Shown: positions 16,608 through 24,811 of the stretch, piece by piece | Position numbering within the stretch: position 1 is the stretch's first letter | How the letters are laid out: each line of letters begins with the position of its first letter | NCBI GenBank assembly: GCA_037138655.1 | Contig: JBAXHY010000002.1 | Coordinates: 1 to 44,728, forward strand | Reading direction: 5' to 3' | Length of the DNA stretch: 44,728 bases | From: a bacterium | GTDB lineage: Bacteria; Patescibacteriota; Saccharimonadia; Saccharimonadales; SZUA-47 | The notes under the pieces: model-generated | The model's input: only the letters and a program-made list of their open reading frames with translations | Told to the model about the DNA's origin: nothing | Databases searched by the model: none | Position numbers and translations under genes: made by a program

Positions 16608-17693
16608 ATGAACAACCTAGAATCTAACAAAGATCCCAACGTACAGCCTATTGAAGTACTGCAAGATTCTGAAAATATTAATTTAACTTTAGTTATAGCA
16701 AATATTGCAATAACTAATACGTTAACAGATACAGAATCTAGCTTAAGTGCGCAAGCAACTACTGCTACAAATCAAGTAAAAACTAGCACCAGATCACGGG
16801 CTGTTTCGGCTGGATTAGATTCTACTTTAGGAAACTATTTAAACCAAATAGGAAAACACCAATTACTTTCTAAACAAGACGAAGTTACATTGTCTAAAGA
16901 TTTAGAAGCCGGCAGAAACGTCAAAGCAAAAAAAACCGATAATCCTGACTATGAATATTCGGCATTAGATCAACAAATTCTAGACACAGCCGTAAGTTCT
17001 AAAGAAAAATTTATTGTATCTAATCTGCGACTAGTAGTTAGTATAGCTAAGCGTTATAAGCTACCGGACAACTGGGATCTTTTAGATATTATTCAAGAAG
17101 GCAATCTTGGACTATACAGAGCTGTCGAAAAATTCGACTGGTCAAAAGGTTTTAAATTTAGCACCTATGCTACGTTTTGGATTCGCCAACACATTGGTAG
17201 GGCGTTAGACCAAAAAGGACAATCCATAGATTTACCCAACAGAGTAGGATCAAGACTACGAATAGCACTTGCAACATCGATGGACGGATTAAACGGACTA
17301 GACGCTGAATTAGCAAGTATTAACAATTTAATGCACCCAGTTTCGCTAAACCAACCAGTAGGTATTTATGATGCTACAGAATTAATTGAACTTATTCCTG
17401 CCGAATCATCAGACACCGGAGAAATTGTCGAAAACGATAGTACTCAAGAACAATTATTTAATATTATCGACAATGCATTGTCAGATAAAGAACCAAAATA
17501 CAGAGATTTAACCAAACAAATTATACTTTATCGTTTTGGATTAACCGAAGACTACAATACTAGGTTAACTTTAAGAGAAATAGGTGCAAAATGCGGCGTT
17601 TCTCATGAAATCGTAAGAAGAAGATTAGCAACAGGAATCATAGATATTCAAAATTATATTAAAAAGTTTAATATATCTGAATTTGATTTTTAA
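16608..17693 (+). CDS. RNA polymerase sigma-70 family factor (RpoD-like, divergent region 2.4/3.0)
   Basis: Region 1.2 (YLNQIGKHQLLSKQDE), region 2 (NLRLVVSIAKRY, DLLDIIQEGNLGLYRAVEKFD, FSTYATFWIRQ), region 4 HTH (LTLREIGAKCGVSHEIVRR). Confidence 0.85.
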   Translation: MNNLESNKDPNVQPIEVLQDSENINLTLVIANIAITNTLTDTESSLSAQATTATNQVKTSTRSRAVSAGLDSTLGNYLNQIGKHQLLSKQDEVTLSKDLEAGRNVKAKKTDNPDYEYSALDQQILDTAVSSKEKFIVSNLRLVVSIAKRYKLPDNWDLLDIIQEGNLGLYRAVEKFDWSKGFKFSTYATFWIRQHIGRALDQKGQSIDLPNRVGSRLRIALATSMDGLNGLDAELASINNLMHPVSLNQPVGIYDATELIELIPAESSDTGEIVENDSTQEQLFNIIDNALSDKEPKYRDLTKQIILYRFGLTEDYNTRLTLREIGAKCGVSHEIVRRRLATGIIDIQNYIKKFNISEFDF

Positions 17694-17736
17694 AATCTTA
17701 CATAAATCTACGTAGATAGCCTTAACAATTAATGCC

Positions 17737-17765
17737 TAGACAACAGAGGTAAATTGTAGTACAAT
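17737..17765 (+). promoter_or_regulatory. Candidate promoter of rplK-rplA
   Basis: -35 TAGACA (17737-17742), 17-nt spacer, -10 TACAAT (17760-17765). The leader contains the hairpin aagcag...ctgctt and the SD AAGGAG. Confidence 0.4.
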
Positions 17766-17830
17766 TAAGTTTAAGTTACATATATTTTTAAGCAGAAGCT
17801 TCTAATCTGCTTATATAAGGAGTAAGAATT

Positions 17831-18262
17831 ATGGCATCAAAGCCTGTAAAAGCGAATTTAAAGATGAAACTAAAGGGCGGCCAAGCAAGTGCAGCACCTC
17901 CAGTTGGTAGTACATTAGGTCAATATGGTGTAAACATGATGGATTTTATTAATCCATTCAACGAAGCAACTAAAGACCGAATGGGCAAAAGTTTAACTGT
18001 TCATATTGCAATATACGAAGATCGCACAATGAGCTTTAGAGTTATTGGAACACCTACAGACGACCTAATCCGAGAAAAATTAGGTGTACAAAAAGGTAGC
18101 GGCAAGCCAAATACAGAAAAACTTAGCAAAAAACTAAGTCAGCAAATGCTTACCGAAATCGCGGAAGCTAAAGCAATCGACATGAACGCCGACGATATAG
18201 AAGCCGTCAAAAAAATGGTTGCGGGCACTGCTCGTAGCATGGGCGTTGTAGTAGAAGCTTAA
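17831..18262 (+). CDS. rplK: 50S ribosomal protein L11
   Basis: KMKLKGGQASAAPPVGSTLGQYGVNMMDF is the typical L11 N-terminus. 143 aa. Confidence 0.95.
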   Translation: MASKPVKANLKMKLKGGQASAAPPVGSTLGQYGVNMMDFINPFNEATKDRMGKSLTVHIAIYEDRTMSFRVIGTPTDDLIREKLGVQKGSGKPNTEKLSKKLSQQMLTEIAEAKAIDMNADDIEAVKKMVAGTARSMGVVVEA

Positions 18263-18319
18263 TTTTAAAATAATTTGTGGGAGGCTAAACGCCGTTAACA
18301 CCACGAAAGGATAAACATC

Positions 18320-19309
18320 ATGGCAGAGACAAAGATAGATCTAGTAAAGCAAGCTAAAGAACTTGGCATAGAACACGTTAGTTCAACTAACACTATGGCC
18401 GAACTTCGCGAAGCAATTGCACAAGCAGCTCCAAAAAAGCACGACAAAGAATCTCTTCCAACAGAAGAACACGAAGCTAAAAAAGCAAAAGCTGGCAAAA
18501 GAAGCGAAAAAGCTATTAAAGAAACTACAGAAAAAATAGCTAAAGAAGAACGAAAAGCTGCAGCTATTGATGAAGAATCAACACACGTATTTAAAGCTGC
18601 ACCTACTGCACGTACACATGCAGAACGTGCCGGTAAAAAATACAAGGAAGCTTACGCTAAAGTAGATTCTAAAAAAGAATACACAATGCGTGAAGCACTA
18701 GAACTTGCAACACAAACTAGTACTACTAAGTTTGATTCAAGCGTAGAACTACACATCAGATTAAATGTTGACCCACGTCAAGCCGACCAAAACATCCGCG
18801 ACAGTATTGTATTACCAGAAGGTACCGGTAAAACTGTACGTGTAGCTGTATTTGCAGATATCGAAGACGTAGCAATTGCTAAAAAAGCAGGTGCTGACAT
18901 TGCTGGTGCAGAAGAATTTTTGCAACAACTAGACAAAGGAATCATTAACTTTGACGTTTTGATTGCGACTCCACTTATGATGGCAAAACTTGGTAAATAC
19001 GCACGCGCACTTGGACCTAAAGGTTTAATGCCTAACCCAAAAAGCGGAACAGTTACTAAAGACGTAGCTAAGGCAGTTACAGAAGCTAAAGCAGGACGCA
19101 TCGAATTTAGAGTAGACAGCACAGGAATCGTGCATGTTGCAGTAGGAAAAGTCAGTTTTGGTACTGCTAGACTTGCTAAAAACACAGCCGCTCTTATGTC
19201 TAGCTTAAAAAATGCTAAACCTTCTAGCGTTAAGGGATCTTATGTTAAATCTATATTTGTTGCGTCAAGTATGGGACCAAGCATTAAGGTTATAACAAAC
19301 GAAATTTAA
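18320..19309 (+). CDS. rplA: 50S ribosomal protein L1 with about 104-aa N-terminal extension
   Basis: The canonical L1 core starts near GKKYKEAYAKVD and includes VELHIRLNVDPRQADQNIRDSIVLPEGTGKTVRVAVFA. There is no internal start codon near the core. Confidence 0.9.
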   Translation: MAETKIDLVKQAKELGIEHVSSTNTMAELREAIAQAAPKKHDKESLPTEEHEAKKAKAGKRSEKAIKETTEKIAKEERKAAAIDEESTHVFKAAPTARTHAERAGKKYKEAYAKVDSKKEYTMREALELATQTSTTKFDSSVELHIRLNVDPRQADQNIRDSIVLPEGTGKTVRVAVFADIEDVAIAKKAGADIAGAEEFLQQLDKGIINFDVLIATPLMMAKLGKYARALGPKGLMPNPKSGTVTKDVAKAVTEAKAGRIEFRVDSTGIVHVAVGKVSFGTARLAKNTAALMSSLKNAKPSSVKGSYVKSIFVASSMGPSIKVITNEI

Positions 19310-19330
19310 ATATACTTTATATTTAATAAA

Positions 19331-19360
19331 AACCCTCACATAAAACGTGAGGGTTTTTTA
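19331..19360 (+). terminator. Rho-independent terminator after rplA
   Basis: ccctcac (19333-19339) / gtgaggg (19347-19353) followed by tttttt. Confidence 0.75.
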
Positions 19361-19443
19361 ATTTAACATATTTTTAATAACAGTAAAAACTACAATACAA
19401 CTAACTTGCACTAGCATCTTAAAAACACTTACAATACGTAGTA

Positions 19444-20178
19444 ATGAACGAGGGAACACTACCAATACAAGGTATGCCGTCGTTGCCAACAGGTGGAGTG
19501 TACAGCAACAGGCAAATAAAAGAGGCTATTAGTATTGGCCATATTGTCTTTCACCCCTACATAGAAGAACATATTGCTGGAAGCAGCATAGACGTGACTC
19601 TTGGACACTGGTTTTATCGTACCGAACGTAGCGGTAGTGGTGGATTTTATAACCCCTTCGACGAAGGCGACGTTAATAGGTACTTTGATGGACCACACCA
19701 GGCTGAGGTTCATAGTATGTGGGCAGAGGCTAACGGACGTCGATTATTTGCAGGAATACCAGCCGATCAACCAATCATTGTTTTGCGCCCTGGCGAACGT
19801 ATATTGGCTCATACGCATGAATTTATTGGCATAAAAGCTCCTGGTACAAGTACTATGCAAGCCAGAAGCACCTGGGGCCGTAACGGTATTGCAGTATGCT
19901 TGGACGCAGGTTGGGGAGATCCAGGCTACGTAAATCGGTGGACAATGGAAATTTATAACATGAACCAGCACGAAAGTGTCGTTTTGCCAGTTGGCGAACG
20001 AATAGCTCAAATCGTTTTTTATCATACCGGACCAGTAGATGCCGAATATTCAAAAATAAGTGGAAAATACCAGCCAGGCAGCGCAGACGACTTAGTAAGT
20101 CTAATAAATAATTGGCGACCAGAACAAATGCTACCGCGTGCCTATAAAGATTCACGCCGAAAACCAAGAGACATATGA
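19444..20178 (+). CDS. dcd: dCTP deaminase family protein (dUTPase superfamily)
   Basis: SSIDVTLG, ARSTWGRNG and GWGDPGYVNRWTMEIYN align with the Dcd signature blocks (VDVRLG, GRSSLARLG, DPGW...LEFYN). Confidence 0.8.
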   Translation: MNEGTLPIQGMPSLPTGGVYSNRQIKEAISIGHIVFHPYIEEHIAGSSIDVTLGHWFYRTERSGSGGFYNPFDEGDVNRYFDGPHQAEVHSMWAEANGRRLFAGIPADQPIIVLRPGERILAHTHEFIGIKAPGTSTMQARSTWGRNGIAVCLDAGWGDPGYVNRWTMEIYNMNQHESVVLPVGERIAQIVFYHTGPVDAEYSKISGKYQPGSADDLVSLINNWRPEQMLPRAYKDSRRKPRDI

Positions 20179-22520
20179 AAGAAAAAGGCACTTTTTTAGT
20201 AATCGAAGGGACGGACGGTTCAGGAAAAGGCACTCAATTTGAATTACTCGGAAAACGCCTGTCAGAATCGGGATACAAAGTTATGCTATTTGATTTTCCG
20301 CAGTATGATCAAGAATCAAGTTATTTTGTTAAACAATATCTAAATGGCAATTATGGAACATCCGAACAAGTTGGCCCATACACGGGATCACTATTTTACG
20401 CACTAGACAGATATTCGGCTAAAAACGCTATCCAAAACGCCATAGACCAAGGCTATATTGTGCTTTGCAACAGATTTACTGGTAGCAATATGGCTCATCA
20501 AGGCACAAAGTTCGAACACTCCGAAGAACGAAGAGGCTATTTTATTTGGTTAGACAACCTAGAGTTTCAGATGCTTGGCATACCCAGACCAGACAAAAGC
20601 ATAGTACTACGCGTACCCGCCGAAATAGCTCAATTATTAGTAGACCAAAAAAGCGCAAGAACCTACACAGACAAAAAACGCGATCTACACGAAGCAGACT
20701 TATCACATATGCAAAAATCCGTACTGGTATACGATGATTTATGTTCATTGTTTCCAAGGGATTTTAACCGTATAGACTGCGTACGTGGTGGGCAATTAAT
20801 GCCAATAGCTCAGGTACACGACCTTATTTGGGAAACTATTTTACCTTTGTTGCCAAAAATTCAATCAGGTTCTGTTGGTTCTGTAACCAATATGAGCACT
20901 ACTAATTTAAAGCCAAAAGACAGCAAGCTTAGTAACGAATATATTACCAAAGATTCAAACGGCAAATTTGTTATTACCGACAAGGGCAATCAGTTCCTTG
21001 AACAGTCAGTCACAAACACAAAAAGCAATGTTTACGCCTTTACCGACAAGTTAAGTGCAATAACAATCGCCGCAGCAATGGCAAGACTATCTAGGCGCTC
21101 AGACGATATGAGAATAACTATATTAGACGAATTTGCCAGTTCTGCAGGTAAAGACGAAAAACTTCTTCAACGAGTAATTACAGCATACGGCGACGATTCT
21201 GTTCAGCAATTAGTTGGTCAACATTTTGTAGTAGAATCTGCCAGTAACTTATTAACAAAAAAACTTGAATGGGGCAGACTAGCCGCGTACCTAGAACAAT
21301 CAACAAGATACATATATTTTGATCAAAAAGACGAAAATAATAATTACCGCTACTATGTACCGCCATCACTAGATAAAAAAACATTAGTTGTGTACAAACA
21401 ATTAATGGATTCCATATTCGATTTATATTCAGATATGGTACATAAATTAACGTTTTATATTAGATCTAAAGACAAAACACCAATTACAGAACGCGACATA
21501 GCATGGCAAGGTGCAACGCGTGCTCAGGCGTGCGATGCTATAAGAGCAGTGCTTCCTGTTGCTACTAAAAGTACGGTTGGTGTATACGCAAGTGGTCAAG
21601 CCCTAGAAAGCTTAATAATGCACCTTATGGCAGACGAACTACCCGAAGCTAATGAAACTGGCAAAAAAATTCTTGAAGAATCACGTAAAGTAGTTGGAAC
21701 AATCTTAGAACGGGCAGACAAACCAGAACGCGGCGGTGCTGCAATAGCCTACAAAGCTAATACTTACAACGAAACTAAAAAACTGGCTTCAAAAGTATTA
21801 TCAGGAAAATACACCACAAACTACAAAGATGTTACTTTAACCGATTATTGGCCTAAAAACGAACTAGACTTGTGTGCAGATATTCTTTACGAACACAGCG
21901 ACATGCCTTTAAATGACATTAAAGCTAGCGTATCTAAGCTACCTATACAAAAAAAGCACCAGATTTTAACTACATACTTTGGTGAACGCTTAAATAGACG
22001 CCACAAGCCGGGAAGAGCCCTAGAAATAGCACATTATAGCTGGGATTTAATGTGCGATTACGGTATATTCAGAGACCTTCAACGCCACAGAATGGTTGAC
22101 GACATGGAATGGCAACAATTAACGCCGCGCTACGGATACGAAACTCCTTTGTTAGTAGACCAAGCAGGCCTTACAGACGACTTTGAAAAATGTTTTGAAA
22201 TTAGCTTAAAGCTTTATAGTATTTTACAAGATTCAAATTATGGTCCAGAGGCTCAGTATGCAACGTTACTTGGGCATAAAATGAGATGGAAAGTCACATA
22301 CAACGCAAGGGAAGCTTTTCATTTGCATGAACTACGCACCACTCCACAAGGTCATCCTGGTTACAGAAAACTCGTACTAGCTATGCACGATAAACTGTGT
22401 GAAGTTCACCCAATAATAGGCGAAGGAATGAAGTTTGTTAACACCGACGAAGACCCAAAACTTACAAGATTAGCAGCCGAACGATATACGCAGTACAAGC
22501 TTAAAAAACTTAATGGCTAG
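20175..22520 (+). CDS. Fusion protein: dTMP kinase (N-terminal) + tandem ThyX-like (FAD-dependent thymidylate synthase) domains
   Basis: Tmk P-loop FLVIEGTDGSGKGTQ and the DRY/NRF blocks span aa 1-215. ThyX-like signatures are WGR-x7-S-TRY (aa 366-379) and RHR (aa 637-639, nt 22083-22091). ATGA overlap with dcd. Confidence 0.8.
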   Translation: MKEKGTFLVIEGTDGSGKGTQFELLGKRLSESGYKVMLFDFPQYDQESSYFVKQYLNGNYGTSEQVGPYTGSLFYALDRYSAKNAIQNAIDQGYIVLCNRFTGSNMAHQGTKFEHSEERRGYFIWLDNLEFQMLGIPRPDKSIVLRVPAEIAQLLVDQKSARTYTDKKRDLHEADLSHMQKSVLVYDDLCSLFPRDFNRIDCVRGGQLMPIAQVHDLIWETILPLLPKIQSGSVGSVTNMSTTNLKPKDSKLSNEYITKDSNGKFVITDKGNQFLEQSVTNTKSNVYAFTDKLSAITIAAAMARLSRRSDDMRITILDEFASSAGKDEKLLQRVITAYGDDSVQQLVGQHFVVESASNLLTKKLEWGRLAAYLEQSTRYIYFDQKDENNNYRYYVPPSLDKKTLVVYKQLMDSIFDLYSDMVHKLTFYIRSKDKTPITERDIAWQGATRAQACDAIRAVLPVATKSTVGVYASGQALESLIMHLMADELPEANETGKKILEESRKVVGTILERADKPERGGAAIAYKANTYNETKKLASKVLSGKYTTNYKDVTLTDYWPKNELDLCADILYEHSDMPLNDIKASVSKLPIQKKHQILTTYFGERLNRRHKPGRALEIAHYSWDLMCDYGIFRDLQRHRMVDDMEWQQLTPRYGYETPLLVDQAGLTDDFEKCFEISLKLYSILQDSNYGPEAQYATLLGHKMRWKVTYNAREAFHLHELRTTPQGHPGYRKLVLAMHDKLCEVHPIIGEGMKFVNTDEDPKLTRLAAERYTQYKLKKLNG

Positions 22521-22905
22521 ACTGCCAAGAAGGTATTTTTTCTCTGGTAGCTCTAAATAAAGATGCTACAACCATATCTTCAGATGGTAAGTATATTCTT
22601 CGTTCTAAAACATTCACGTCTTTTTTAAATTCTGTGACAAAATCAAAAAATATTTTATTTTTATGAGTTCTGTGGACGTTGTATAAAGCATCTTCATAAT
22701 AAGGTAGTCCAACTTCAGAATAACCTAAGCCCAAATAAGTAATAAACTTTGCGGCATTTGTAACGTTTTCTGCATTTCTCCAGTCAACTGCCAACAAGTC
22801 ACGGTCATCATCGTTACGATTTAGGGTAACAAGCAACGACACAGCCGTATCTCCGTCTGTGTTCCAACCTACTAATCGCTCTGTATAGTCATGTTCTAAA
22901 GTCAT
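22510..22905 (-). CDS. Hypothetical protein (131 aa)
   Basis: Clean ORF convergent with the tmk-thyX gene, with an 11-nt overlap. No family recognised. Confidence 0.5.
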   Translation of the reverse strand: MTLEHDYTERLVGWNTDGDTAVSLLVTLNRNDDDRDLLAVDWRNAENVTNAAKFITYLGLGYSEVGLPYYEDALYNVHRTHKNKIFFDFVTEFKKDVNVLERRIYLPSEDMVVASLFRATREKIPSWQSSH

Positions 22906-23010
22906 ATAGGGTAAATATTTATCAACAATATAATACTACATATGCATAGTTATGTCAATTCATAAGCATTATCATTGACATTGTACATAGCAGGAGTAAA
23001 ATAAAAAAAG

Positions 23011-23100
23011 ATGAACCAAGTTGCAACAACATTACAGAACTTTGTACTCGTGATTATTCTATCGGGCTGTGTTGCATTTGGATTGAAACCGACTAATTAG
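23011..23100 (+). CDS. Small ORF, 29-aa hydrophobic peptide (MNQVATTLQNFVLVIILSGCVAFGLKPTN)
   Basis: AGGAG at 22992-22996, 14 nt upstream. Followed by a terminator. Below the ORF-track size cutoff. Confidence 0.3.
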   Translation: MNQVATTLQNFVLVIILSGCVAFGLKPTN

Positions 23101-23120
23101 CAACTACACAGCCCAAATAA

Positions 23121-23148
23121 AATAGGTTTCGAAAGAAGCCTATTTTTA
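23121..23148 (+). terminator. Rho-independent terminator after the 29-aa ORF
   Basis: aataggtttc-gaaa-gaagcctatt followed by tttaat. Confidence 0.5.
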
Positions 23149-23168
23149 ATATATGCAGGAGACACAAA

Positions 23169-23324
23169 ATGAGTGAAACAACAGATTACAGTAACGAAGA
23201 AATAGCTAATGCAATCATGCATTCGTACACTGGCGAAATCGACGAAAACAACTTAGAAACTAAAGATATTTATACTAAAATCGGATACTGTACGTTATCT
23301 TCGGAGATAAAATGGAATCATTAA
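23169..23324 (+). CDS. Small ORF, 51-aa acidic protein (MSETTDYSNEEIANAIMHSYTGEIDENNLE...)
   Basis: Strong SD AGGAG (23156-23160) 8 nt upstream of the ATG. Confidence 0.4.
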   Translation: MSETTDYSNEEIANAIMHSYTGEIDENNLETKDIYTKIGYCTLSSEIKWNH

Positions 23325-23449
23325 ATCAAACAGAATCTATAGAATCAATAAATTTACATAACGAACGTATAAAACTTGCTGCGCAGTACCTATTAGATCT
23401 GCTAAATTGGGACGAACAATCACCAAACATAATTCGTTCAGAAGAGTAA
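23312..23449 (+). CDS. Small ORF, 45-aa acidic protein (MESLNQTESIESINLHNERIKLAAQYLLDLLNWDEQ...)
   Basis: GGAG 6 nt upstream. The start overlaps the end of the 51-aa ORF by 13 nt, suggesting translational coupling. Confidence 0.35.
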   Translation: MESLNQTESIESINLHNERIKLAAQYLLDLLNWDEQSPNIIRSEE

Positions 23450-23524
23450 ATATTATTTTAAACTATTGTCTTTTAATAGCATCAATATATTGACTAAACT
23501 GTGTAAAATATGTTAATATTAATC

Positions 23525-23645
23525 TGTTACCGAAGACAGTGACTGCAATAAAATGCTTAATTAGTCACCGAGGCAAACAGATATTTATATCTTTTGTTTA
23601 CGAGCACCATAAATGCTGTCTTCTTAAAACGAAGGCAGTTTTTTA
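23525..23645 (+). promoter_or_regulatory. rplJ leader with terminator/antiterminator alternative (L10-leader-like attenuator)
   Basis: The terminator is ctgtcttc (23616-23623) / gaaggcag (23631-23638) plus a T6 run. The upstream segment gaagacag (23532-23539) is a perfect complement of the terminator's 5' arm. Confidence 0.4.
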
Positions 23646-23717
23646 ATGCTTGGTAACAAACAAGTACCAAAGGTCGAAGGTATTTGTTGAAATCTTAAGG
23701 CTAAAAAAAGGATAAAC

Positions 23718-24242
23718 ATGGCTTTAACGAGAACTAAAAAGAATGACGTAGTCGCAGAAATTGCTGATCTTTTAAAAGATTCAAAATTAACAGTTGTTGC
23801 CAAATATGATGGTACGACAGTTAAAGCAATCCAAGCTCTACGTAAAGCAGCTAAACAAAACGGTACTAGTATTAAGGTTGTCAAAAACCGACTAGTGATT
23901 AAGGCTATACTTCAAAACGATTCACTTAAAGATACTGATACAGTAGCTCTTAAGGGAATGTTATTGTATGCATTTAACTCATTAGACGAAATCGCACCTG
24001 CGCAAGTATTGCATACGTTTGCTAAAACAGAACCTTCAATTCAATTTGTTGGTGCTATATCTGCAAATGGACAGTTTATGTCAGCAGAAGAAGTCAAAGT
24101 CTTGGCAACATTACCAAGCAAGAATCAGCTTATTGCTGGTGTTATTAACACGCTACAATCACCGGTACGTAACGTATTAAGCGGCCTATCAGGCAACTTA
24201 CACGGTCTATTAGACGCGGTTGCAGCAAAAGCTACTAATTAA
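23718..24242 (+). CDS. rplJ: 50S ribosomal protein L10
   Basis: 174 aa. [24 protein letters not shown] is typical of L10. Precedes rplL. Confidence 0.95.
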   Translation: MALTRTKKNDVVAEIADLLKDSKLTVVAKYDGTTVKAIQALRKAAKQNGTSIKVVKNRLVIKAILQNDSLKDTDTVALKGMLLYAFNSLDEIAPAQVLHTFAKTEPSIQFVGAISANGQFMSAEEVKVLATLPSKNQLIAGVINTLQSPVRNVLSGLSGNLHGLLDAVAAKATN

Positions 24243-24264
24243 TATTTTAAAAGGAACTAACACA

Positions 24265-24642
24265 ATGGCTACAGATTTAAAGAAATTTGCAGAACAACTA
24301 GTCGGTCTTACTGTACTAGAAGTAAACGAATTAAGCGCAATATTAAAAGACGAATACGGTATTGAACCAGCTGCAGCAGCAGTTGCAGTTGCAGCTGTAG
24401 CAGCAGACGCTGCTCCTGCAGAAGATGCTAAAAGTGAATACGATGTGATCCTAAAAGACGCAGGCGCACAAAAAGTTGCAGTTATCAAAGCTGTTAAAGA
24501 CATCACAGGCCTAGGTCTTGGTGAAGCTAAAGCTATTGTTGACGGTGCACCAAAAACAGTAGTAGAAAAAGCTAAAAAAGAAGACGCAGAAGCACACAAA
24601 AAAGCTCTAGAAGCTGCTGGTGCAACTGTAGAACTTGCTTAG
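24265..24642 (+). CDS. rplL: 50S ribosomal protein L7/L12
   Basis: Start at [12 protein letters not shown], Ala-rich hinge, C-terminal [28 protein letters not shown]. The ORF-track start at 24220 is an upstream extension. Confidence 0.95.
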   Translation: MATDLKKFAEQLVGLTVLEVNELSAILKDEYGIEPAAAAVAVAAVAADAAPAEDAKSEYDVILKDAGAQKVAVIKAVKDITGLGLGEAKAIVDGAPKTVVEKAKKEDAEAHKKALEAAGATVELA

Positions 24643-24663
24643 TATTAAGCTATATACGGTTTA

Positions 24664-24693
24664 AAAATAGCCCTTCGGGGCTATTTTTCTTTT
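24664..24693 (+). terminator. Rho-independent terminator after rplL
   Basis: aaaatagccc-ttcg-gggctatttt followed by tcttttat. Confidence 0.8.
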
Positions 24694-24811
24694 ATAAGCG
24701 GTACTTATCCACAGAAATAGATTATAATTTTGACTTGACGCACATGTCGTGATACGGTATTCAGTGAAGACAGAGTTATAGAAACAAATAGAGGCGCGCG
24801 GGAGAACACAC

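Noticed and set aside
18295-19185. Antisense ORFs inside rplA (18295-18645, 18778-19185). Similar antisense or alternative-frame ORFs lie inside rplL (24210-24599), dcd (four ORFs, 19459-20233), typA, dnaX, GH15, GT and others.
   Set aside because: All lie fully within strongly supported genes on the opposite strand or in another frame. They have low-complexity Ala/Ser/Leu-rich translations and no start signals. These are typical shadow ORFs.
20176-20178. Possibility of an alternative genetic code (UGA recoded, as in some candidate phyla)
   Set aside because: TGA terminates dcd exactly at the ATGA overlap with the next gene. All conserved genes translate full-length under the standard code without in-frame TGA read-through being needed.
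24705-24713. Perfect DnaA-box consensus TTATCCACA downstream of rplL
   Set aside because: It is a single isolated 9-mer. The expected number of chance occurrences over both strands of this window is about 0.3. There is no cluster of boxes, no AT-rich unwinding element and no dnaA/dnaN nearby. This is not evidence for an origin.
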